DNA of 64,000 nt, from the NCBI RefSeq assembly GCF_025526975.1, contig NW_026515686.1:434001-498000 (forward strand). The letters run 5' to 3'. Under the pieces are notes generated by a model. The model did not search any database, was not told where the DNA came from, and was given only the letters and a program-made list of their open reading frames with translations. This DNA comes from Fimicolochytrium jonesii. Taxonomy: Eukaryota. The translations under genes and the position numbers were made by a program. Of this stretch, positions 13,285 through 23,075 are shown one piece after another. Position 1 is the stretch's first letter. Each line of letters starts with the position of its first letter.

Positions 13285-16167
13285 TTAAACGTATCTATCC
13301 TCATTCACCTCCGTGTTCAGCTTCCTTCGCGAACGTGCAATACAACCGAAAGGAGGAGGAGCCATGTATGGCTGAGTGATTCCCAGGGTTGCACGTCGCT
13401 CCCGAGAGTTCAAACGAGCCTTAAGCAAAGAAATCTCATTGGCCTTTCTCACGAGGGTTTGTAAGGTGGCCTGTTGCAGTTCAGATCAATCACATACGGA
13501 AAGACTATTAGGCACGTAGTTGTGAACATGACGAGCAAGCACCTGCTCACCTCTACACGTAGTAAAGAGTACACCCCATTCTCCACGATTGCCAGGTTTG
13601 ACAATGAACGCGGCAGCTTGAATCGCTTGAGTAGCCCGGCACAAAAAACTCCTTCGGTGCGCCATCTCAGCCCGTACACATAGGATGACCAATCTGGGGT
13701 TGTTGATAAGTAACAAGAAAAATATATATATGGAATCAACGAAACGGAATTGGGCAACAGCAGGTCCGACATTCACTTCGTGTGCACATACCATAGCTCT
13801 GAATGCCCATCACAAACAATCCCCCGATCTTCTCCGACAAAACCCCAGAATTTTCAAGACCGAAAGCGAATACGATTTCCATCAGACATTCCAATAGATC
13901 GACACGGTCCAAATGAAACTTAGCGAGTCCAGGCCGGGGTAGCCCGCCTGATCGGAGGCACACCAGCCCCTCGAGCTGGTCGTTCGTGTCGGCCAAAGTG
14001 ACGCGAAGGTCCAACTTTTGCCCAGCCGTGGATCTCTTGCCGATTTTCCCAGTCCTGTTACGGGCCACGATGCTTCCCAGGCTTTGGAGCTCACCCTCCT
14101 CAAGAAGCCACCGACTTTGTGTTGGATCGATCAGGGACTTGACCATGTGAGCAGTAGTGGCGTTGTCAGCCGTGGCTTCGGATGCCGGGAGCTTCAACCT
14201 CATAATGCTCGAAGCGTACTGTTGCACGCTTCGCCTGGACCAATCAAAGTCAGAAACTTGCCAACTATAACGCACCAGGCTTTACAATCAAGACCCGGTG
14301 CCGCACACTCACCGTATCTCGTTCACCCGCGCTGATGGAGATGCGATTTTCTCAATGGTGTCGATAACATTGGATGGATCCGTCTTCGCAACGACGTTGG
14401 TTCAGTGCACAGCCATTACCTTAGGTAATGGCTGTGCACTGAACCAGACGTCTGCGATCTGGTCCATAAGATCTTGAATGGATTCGCGCAAATCATCCTG
14501 GACGTCCTCCAGCCGTACGTCTTCATGGAAGTCTGCAACAATCTCTTCCCATTCTTTCTGATTGAAGGAGCCTGGATTGGATGTAAATTCATGATTCGAA
14601 CACGAAGCGCGTACAAACATTGACCGACGCGAATCAAATAGAAAACGAGTCCTCTCCTTTCTCAGTCCCCTTACCTTGCAAGATCGGGTCCATTTCAGTC
14701 ACGTCCAGGATTCCCCAATACAAGGGGTTCAGTGTTTGGTCTTTGGTCAGGACGGCCTTTCTTGCCTCCCGCAGCGTCTCGGCCACATCTTTACCCGTGG
14801 AAAGGATCCATGTTCCAAAGTTCTTCTCGCCCTTCCGGCTTCGCTGGTTGTGGGGAGGAAAGGCGTCCTTCCAAGTTTCTGGATGGTTGAGGATCAAATG
14901 AAGACGGCCATCCTCCTCCTTATCGTGATCCACATCTTGTTCCGGGTCTTCTTCCTCGTCACAGTCGACATCACATCCGTCACCTTGGACGTTTTTCGGA
15001 TCATTTTCGTTTGGAACATATCCAGAAGCAGCGACTGCTACGTCATCCCTGTCGTCTTCGTCCAAGGCATCCCCCACAATGTCTTTTGCTGCCTTTGAAG
15101 CAAACTTGGTCTTATATCCTGAAACAGCCGTCTTTGTTGCTGCAGCTCGCGCCCGTGTCAACCGCTGCAACGTCGCGAATTGATCACTCGATAAATATGC
15201 TTGGAGGTTTTGAACGGTGGTGCTTGTCTTCTACAATGAAATCGAATACGAATGAACGCAATGTGGTCAGTAACGGCCGGTAACAAGCTATGAGCCATTT
15301 GAACAGGGTAATTGAAGTAATTGAAGAAACTCGGACAATGTCCCCTCGAGGCACCAACGACACCGAACACTACATCCGAAGACGTATTAACTACCGCTTT
15401 GGCCATAACATCTGCAGCTGCGGACATTCTTCCACCAAAGTGCAGCTGTGCACCCTCCCCTGGCAAGGATCAAACGGGCCGGAAGGCGTGGCAGGATCCT
15501 CAATGCTTTTACACATTTCGCGGCCTAAGAAAGGGTAGCGCCAGGGTGCGGGTCCAGAAGTTCATGCTCCTTCGAATGAAGTTCTGGATTACCACGGATG
15601 CACAGCGGAAATGCTCAGTGACCATGGGATACCCAGCGGAAATATCCGCTGCCATGACAGCTGGTGATCCTCTCACCCCGAGAGGTTAAAGCGGGCGTAA
15701 GCGTAGCAAGAACCTCCACGTTTTTACACGTTCGCGGCCAAGAAGGGTGGCGCGGGGTCTAGTAACAGACATCTCCTCTTTCCATCCCAACCCCATACTT
15801 ACGTTCTCCAGGTTCTTCAGAAGCTTGGTCACTTTCTGCTTGGATGCCTTCCCCGTAATCCCATCCTCGAGGAGGGTCAGTTCTTTGATCGCGAGGCGCG
15901 TAATATCCTCCAGCGTCCATTCAGTTTGTGGTCGGGCTTCGATTATGTAGTCCGCAAAGTCGATCACTGACCACTCAGTGGTGGACGTCCAGTACCCTAT
16001 CAGGTTCCGTTAGCACTGGTATCATGCCCTGCGCAGCGAAATTTCAGCAACATACCAGAGAATTGGAGTCTCTTAAGCGAATAGTCTGCTATGCACACTA
16101 TCTGTCTCGGCCTCTTCAACTTTGCGTCCGCGTCTGTGAAACTTTTACGCTTGAGCTTAGGGCCCAT
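13285..16167 (-). CDS. Multi-exon protein with a C-terminal PD-(D/E)xK restriction-endonuclease-like domain (Crinkler-type REase family of early-diverging fungi)
   Basis: ATG 16167; spliced pieces YWTSTTEWSVIDFADY, an acidic linker, WILSTGKDVAETL..LYWGILD, GELQSLGSIVARN..GQKLDLR..EGLVCLRSGG..KFHLDRVDL, VMGIQ, YVYGLRW..FKLPRS; stop at 13285. Confidence 0.65.
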
Positions 16168-16560
16168 CGCTGGCGACGAAGAAGTCGATCGAGGTCGAGA
16201 GAAACGTGGATCGAACGCGCACCGACGCGCGAGATGAGGTATAGGCTCGTAAAGACTAGACCGTAGTAGTTGCAATGTAATGGGTAAATTATTCGAAATG
16301 GAATGGCTCTACTTGCTTTATTCTTTGAAAGGGAATGCACGTAGTAAATGGAGCGAACGATGAGAAGTGGAACGACGCGAATCGGGTTTCATCCAATTCA
16401 GCACTCTGAACTATTGTGGCGCAGTCGGTCAAGCATTACTTATGTAGGCCCGATTAGGTGCGGCAACCAGACGCTCTCAGTCGGTGTGACTGAAGCTTTC
16501 TGTCGCACTTTTCTCCTCGCCATCGCCTCTTTTCGCTGCAGAAACTTTGTTACAACACAC

Positions 16561-18034
16561 ATGGGTAATTCAAAATTGACGTATGTACGGTCGTGGTTAG
16601 GTCTCTTCGTTCTATATCTGAAGCTCTTTGGCAGGAATTATCGTTCAAATGCTGTGCATGACCGGTTGCCGGAAAAGGGCAGCATTGGAATGCGCCAACT
16701 GTTTTGGAACGAGCTCGGCTATGCTCTCAAAGATTCGGAGGCAAACGCTGCCATCTGTCGATTCCTCAAAAGACGTCACAAATACTACCACGGGACGAGC
16801 ACCTTGTTACCGGACGCGGTCAATGAAGCACGGATGTCAGTTGTCGATTACATACAACGGCATCCAGAATTATCAAACTACGAGAAGGACCTATCCCCAT
16901 CTTCAGCTTCACTGGATGATCGTATCCTGCAGACAAAGGAAGAGATTGAAAAGGAAGAATCTTATTTGAGCGCTGAAGACGACGATGACGATTTTGATGT
17001 TAAGCGACGGTCAGTATTTCTTTTCCCATCGGATACATGCCTTTATCTTAAAAACAGTCTTCTGAAGGATGCATCACACGAAGCAAGGACCGTTCCCCGA
17101 GCTAGAGCCGCGCGGCAAGCTAGGGCAGCTCACCGATCGCCTGGCAGATGCCAGCATTGACGAAGACACGAAACAAGCCAAAGCAGATGCACATCAGAAA
17201 GGTACAATCAAAGTATTATGCTGATATCAAGCAAAAACCCTTTGCTAACATCATGACAGAATTTCCCCCTTATGTTCCAGAATCCATTGTTGGCACTCTC
17301 CAACGGCTGAAGGAAGGCCGCTCGGACTATGTGGAGAACTTGATCGCCTTTTACAAGCTTAGGTCGGAAGGTGCATTTGCCGGGCATGAGGACGAATGGG
17401 TTCTGATCCACGATCAGTCCATTGTCCGTTTTTTTCCAAGCGAAGATGATATCATCGAAGTGGTGGACGAACATCCTGGTGGTGCTTTTCAGCCGGTGAA
17501 TGACAAAAATCTGCGAGGAGAGAAGAAGAGGGCTGTAGCATGTATTCCAGGTGCCCAGGCGGAGTTCAAGGTATCACCTGTACTTTGTTGTATTCTTGAG
17601 TAATATCTACAACTCGCCTTCTGCAGGTTCCTTTGGAAGTACGAATTGACAATCTGAAGGGACACGCTACAAATATTAGCATTGAGGATGTCTGTTTTGA
17701 TACAGGGTGTCCGCGCACGACTTTGCAACACCATCATTTGATTCAACTTGGCAATCCGGCTACTACAATTGTGTCCTTCCGGGGTCTGGGAACAGGTTCG
17801 GGCACCTGTTTCCGTGCTACAGTGTCTGGCATCAATCCTGCTCAAACAAAATGGAGTCCGAAGATGAGGATCGATTTCTGGAGTGAGGAGTCTAACGACG
17901 AGTGTCTGCTCGGTTTCGACATTTTGCGGCATTTTGCTATCGCATCTTTACCGACCGCCGGAACGCCAAGTCTACTTATCGCCTCCAACGAAGTGGCGTT
18001 GAAAACCAAACTAGGCGGCGTTCACGCGAATTGA
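16561..18034 (+). CDS. Multi-exon protein ending in a retropepsin-like (clan AA) aspartic protease domain
   Basis: Last exon has CFDTGCPRT and CLLGFDILRHF; the preceding exon has GHEDEWVLIHDQSIVRFF; introns near 16581, 17010, 17202, 17571 (the second junction is ambiguous). Confidence 0.7.
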
Positions 18035-18468
18035 GGCATACCGACCAATTGATGTTTGCATAAATGGGCAGATTCCGTTTTGGTTGACGGCTCGCTGTTG
18101 ATCCGCCTCGGAAATACCCCTGCCGGACAGCAAAGTTGACTACGAGGCGGCAACGTGTCCGATGAGGTTAGGGCATGGTGGGAAAACGCCGGGGTTCTTC
18201 CATGAATGTATGCATGAATGTAAAGTAATAAAGGAAATAAATGGCGTTGAGAGCCAGGTAATCAAGTATACAGCCACTCACAGGGTCTCTAGGGTATAAA
18301 ATGGAGCGCCCCAGGAGGCCTTGTATGGCAATTCGGGTTACATCGCCGTCTACCTGTGGCAACAGAGAGACATCAACGTCACTCCATGCCCAAGACCCAT
18401 TCGTCTCAAACTATCGATAATCAGAACATAAGCTTTTCAGATCAAGGTACACTGTAAAAGCCTACGAC

Positions 18469-18917
18469 ATGGACGACGCGCTGTTGAAGGACGCATTGGT
18501 GCGTTTTTCCAGCAAGCCTGCTCATCTCTCGCAGCTATTGAGCGTGGTGCGCAGGCAGCGGAGCGGGGGAACCCACGTCTCCTTGCGGTTGATTGACTAT
18601 TTTGTCGTCACGTACGCCAAGGAGAAGCCCGTGGTGTACACCGTGGGCGACCAACCCGTAGATATCTATCTACAAGAGCTACCAAGCCAACCAAGAGCGG
18701 TTCAAAAAGCGCTGCTTTGACCCTTTCGCACGCGGTTCCGTCACGGAATGGACATTTGCTGGGGAGCGCATCAAACACGAGGCAACTGTGTTTCATGCGG
18801 TGGGCCATTGAGAACAAAGTGCTGGACTACGTCAGAGACCACATGCAAACCATCTCTGAAGCGACGGTGAAGGACACCACCATGAGGAAGTCCCTGCCGC
18901 AACGCAAAAGGGGCTAG
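18469..18917 (+). pseudogene. Conserved NCLDV hypothetical protein (SLRLIDxFVxxYAK..FDPFxR..QLxFxRWAIEN family), 2 frameshifts
   Basis: VSLRLIDYFVVTYAK; removing the TATC duplication at 18663-18670 gives DIYKSYQANQERFKKRCFDPFARG; after a second shift near 18770, RQLCFMRWAIENKVLDYVRDH. Confidence 0.85.
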
Positions 18918-18955
18918 GAAGCTCGCCCGACCGCAGTATCTGGCGACTTCAGAAA

Positions 18956-19759
18956 ATGGACGACATGGTACGCAAGCTATTTGAGGAGCTGCTGGAAGAC
19001 GTCAAGAGGTTTGACGACAAGGCGGTGGGTGTCCGCTTGCAAGAGGCGTACGACGCCCTCCCGTCGATGCAAGCCGTCATCGAAGGCCTCCGCGACCCGA
19101 CGTCCGACCTTTCCAACGCCATACCCCAAGGACCCTGGGTGTTGGCGTCCGACGCACGGTTCCCTCGCCCGTGTCAGTCCTGGGCCTCCACGGGCGTGTC
19201 CACGGAAACGTCGCTGGATGCCTGGTGGACGAACGTGGCGGACGCTGCGGCACCCACGCGATGGCGATCGTGCGGCGGAAGTCCCATTCCGATCGCCGCG
19301 TCCCATGGATGGCCAAAACTGCCTCCCGCTGGCCAGTCTGCGCCATCGCCACCCGGGCCTTCCACCAGGCCTGATGGGTCCGCCGGGGCCACTAGTCAGG
19401 GAGAAGCTGGGTGTTTGGGAACGACGGGAACAACGACTTGGAGACCGCATCGGGCTGGAAGGAATGCCCGGAGCCCCTCGCGGCAGCGTTCCAACACCTC
19501 GGGATAGACGTCCCGCCCGAATTTGAGCATGTCGCCGGCGTGGCCACTTGGACCGCGTCCGCCCGCTGAGATCGTCCACGCCGTGCCCAACCCCGGTCTG
19601 GCCATGAAGACGTTGGAAGGCATGTCGTTTCAGGAACTCGCGAACGCGGCTTCGCTGACGCCGTGTGTGCAATACAGCTCACACGCAACGGTTAAGGAGT
19701 GGCATCCAGCGAACATGGACGACGCCCGATGTCTCTTTTTTCTACGCCCATGGCGGTGA
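18956..19759 (+). pseudogene. Unknown intronless gene within the viral block, multiply frameshifted
   Basis: AAAATG start 38 nt after the previous stop; MDDMVRKLFEELLEDVKRFDD..; the protein-like sequence switches frames and ends ..CLFFLRPWR*. Confidence 0.5.
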
Positions 19760-20119
19760 CTGCGAGGGAGTCTCTCCCCTCAGTGTCAGGAACCGCGTGG
19801 ACGACACTCGCCTGCTAATTTTCACCCGCGCCTCCACGCAAGCCGCGGCGGCTACGGCGGCGCGCTTAGAAGCTCTCTCGGAGCTGAGGGGAAAGACTCT
19901 GGATAGGTCAAAGAACGGCTGGAAAGTGAAAGATCCCAGCGGCGATCTCATGTGGACCGTCTCATCGGTCCGCTTCGGCGTTGGGACTCGGAGCGACGCC
20001 TCCGATGGCCGACGGTCAACGTGTCCTCCGTGTAAGGGGTTTGCGTGAGCGGACCCAAAGTTGGCATCTCGCAGTAGACCTATAGCATCTTGCAGTGAGG
20101 AGGACATAGACGTGTCGCA

Positions 20120-21780
20120 AGTGCCCCCTGGGGATCTATGCGAGGAATTTGTGACAGATGGCGAGACAGCCCGCGAAATAGGACACCACCTTGCCACGCG
20201 CTTTCCGACAGCATCAGACCGGGAGGGGACTGTTATGTTTGGTCACCTTTCACTGCACGGCGCCTTGATGAACGCCAGCGGTCGCATCCATTTAGGGGAA
20301 GAGATCACCGTCCAGACCCTCGAAGGGTTCAAACGCGTGTTCCTGGGCCATTTCCACCGCCACGCAAGTTACGGCCGGTATGGGCGCGTCATGTACGTCG
20401 GCTCCCCCGTCCAGTTGAGTTTCGGTGAGGCGGGCGACTCGGACAAAGGATTCATGGCCTACGACCCTAGCGCCGACGCTTGGACGCTTCACCGAAACCC
20501 GCATGCCGTGCAATACGTGCAGCTCACCGTCGCGGAGGCCAGGCATGCGGTGGACGTCAAGAACGACGGGCTTCGCGGAAAGCTGGTGCAATTGAAGGAC
20601 GATGGCCAAGAGGAGCCCCGGGACATGGACGCCCTTCGCCGGGAACTGCAAAGCACTCTACGAGTGAAAGGGGTTGCCGCTATTCGTCGGACGACCGGGA
20701 ACACCAAAAACGGTAACCCTATTCCTAACCCTGTCACCGGGAACGACCTGATGGACTATGCTCGACAATTCGCCTCGCTTCAAAAGGGATGGACGCCGGT
20801 CGTGTACATGGCGTACTTGACCAAAAAGCGGGATCAAATCAAGGGTTTCGGGCCTGGTGCCAGCGCCGGCGGGCGACCGTCTTTCGTCGCCGGCTTGAAG
20901 GCCATCACCGTGACGAACTTCCTGGGCATAGAGGGACCCGTCATCTTGATTTCCGAAGCAAGGTGTCTCCCGGCATGTGGGTCATCCAAAGGGACAACGG
21001 CGCGGGGAAGACGACTCTGTCCGAAAGCATCCTGTGGTGCTTGAACGGGACGTGTGCGAGGGGCGATTATCTCCACGAGAGGAAAGTCGTGAATCAGGTC
21101 ATCCATGCCCACCCGTCGGTGACGTCCTGCGAGGTCAGCGTCGCTTTCGTCAACGGGTACACCTTTACTAGAACTAGGTCTCTGACCAAGAAGCCGAGGC
21201 TGTGGTTTACGTTCCCCGACGGCGCGCACACCGAAAAGGGGAACATCCAGGTCACCCAGAAGCTGATCGAAGAGCTCCTGGACGTGGACGCCGACACCTT
21301 CCGGAACACCGTGATGCTGACCTCCAACCAGAGCGTCTCATTCACCAGCTCCAACGACGCGAGGAGGAAGTTCATCGACGACCTGTTGGGTTTCGCCGTC
21401 CTCGAAGACTACGCCAAAGTCATGGCGGACGACCTGGCCCAGCTGAAAGCGGAGTTGAAGGTCGTCAAGGGCGCTCTTGCTGAGCTGAGAGGAAATCAGG
21501 TGGCCCAGATTCCGTATCAAGAAAGGAAAATCGCCGAGTTGGAAGGGCACCTGCAGACAGCGAGGTTGGAAGCTGAGAGAGCGACGGAGGAACAGACACG
21601 AGAAATGCGTGAGGGACTCTTGAGAATTGCGGCATTGTGGGACAGCCTGAATAAACATGCCGCGGCCACGTCAGCTGCAACTACTCCGACAGCGAATGCA
21701 AAATGTCACGGAGGACCTAGACGCCGCGCAGGTCATGAAACAAGGGCTCTCCTCTGAGTCCGCCCACTTACGCGCGGAGG
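20120..21780 (+). pseudogene. Mre11/SbcD nuclease - Rad50/SbcC ATPase fusion, truncated at both ends
   Basis: VMFGHLSLHGA, RVFLGHFH and YVGSPVQLSFGE..KGF (SbcD C-half) continue in frame into LKAITVTNFLGI; frameshift ~20940; WVIQRDNGAGKTTLSESILWCL (Walker A), TQKLIEELLDVDADTFRNTVML, RRKFIDDLLG, coiled coil. Confidence 0.88.
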
Positions 21781-21886
21781 ATCTGGAAACAGGACCTTCA
21801 GACCTGGAGTCCTCAAAGGCGTCCGAGAACACAAACACCGGGACGATGTCCGCCGGACAGCCTTTCGCCGCCACCCTGGTCCTCGC

Positions 21887-23075
21887 TTAGAGAGCGATTT
21901 TGTAGGCCATCCCTTGTGCCCCCGCTGTGCCCGCCACACCCGCGCCGTAAGCAGCTCCTCCAGCGCCTCCAAGCGCTTGCATCGCGACTGTGGATTGATA
22001 TTCGTACTGATACAGAAGGATGGCGAGACCCCCACCCCCACCTCCGCCGCCGCCAATTGCGGGCACCGCCGTGCCCGACGTCCTCACAAACGTCGCGCTC
22101 GCGCCGTTGCCCCCGTTCGCCTGAATGGTTCCGGACCCGGTCACAGCTTGCGCTGCAACGATGCATACCCCCGCCCCGCTTCCGCCGCCACCAGACGTAG
22201 ACGTGCCGGCCGCCCCGTTGGTGGTCAAGCCGCCTCCACCGCCTCCGGTTCCCCTTGTGATGTACACCAACATGCTGGTAAGCAAAATGCGCCCATTGAA
22301 ACACGAAGGCATCGTTGCCATGATGGCGGGTCCACCTTCAACAGCGCTGATGACGTTGGCTGTCCCACCGGCACCTCCCGTCGTGGTGGTGCCTCCCCGG
22401 CCGCCAGCCCCACCTTGTCCGCCCGCCGTATAGTAAGCGGTGGCTGCCACAGCCGCCGTCCCGTTTCCGTTGGTATTCGTGCGTCCCGCACCCCCTGCAT
22501 ATCCTGAACCCAGGACCGTCGTCAACGCCGCGACGTTCTGGTTACCAGCCGTGGCTCCCGAAGCGCTCACACCGTTGAACGCAATCGCCCCGTTGAGGTC
22601 AATGTCCCCACACGATCACCCGCCACCCCGCTGTATTTAAGACCACGCCCGCCGGCACCGTCAGGTTGTTGTACACCATGTTTCTCACCAACGTGGCGTT
22701 GGCGGCGAGAGACACGTCTCCATCTGTCATGGCCGCACTGGGGAAGACCCCCGATGCGGAGGCGGACAGGGACGCATACGACACCACGTCCCACTTCCCG
22801 TTGTCCCGCGATATGACATGCAGACTCGCATAGGGGGTTTCCAGGACAAATCCCGGCAGCCCGCTGATGGTTTCCGTGCCGACGGATCAATCACCACTGG
22901 ATACTCGTCCTTGGTCACTTTGAACACTTTGTACATCTTTCCAGAAATGCCCGTAGCGCTGGGGAGGCTCACGGTGACCTGCGCCGCAGATGTGTCACAC
23001 GCTACAAAATAGTCCGTCGGGACCCTTGTAGCGCCACCGGCGACCGTGCTGAACCTTCGAGAAACAGGAGCGACT
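21887..23075 (-). pseudogene. Glycine-rich virion fibre/spike-like protein, frameshifted (~22875, ~22600), 5'-truncated
   Basis: DYFVACDTSAAQVTVSLPSATG..KMYKVFK..VVIDP.GTETISG..VLETPYASL..SRDNGKW, then YNNLTVPAGVVLNTAGWRVIV and Gly-rich GGGGGGSG..IQANGGNG..GGGGGGGG. Confidence 0.7.

Noticed and set aside
17633..18034. LTR retrotransposon, suggested by the aspartic protease
   Set aside because: No LTRs, gag, RT, RNase H or integrase nearby, and the gene is spliced
19742..20197. Minus-strand 151-aa ORF
   Set aside because: No recognisable motif and it overlaps the Mre11 fragment; cannot be called
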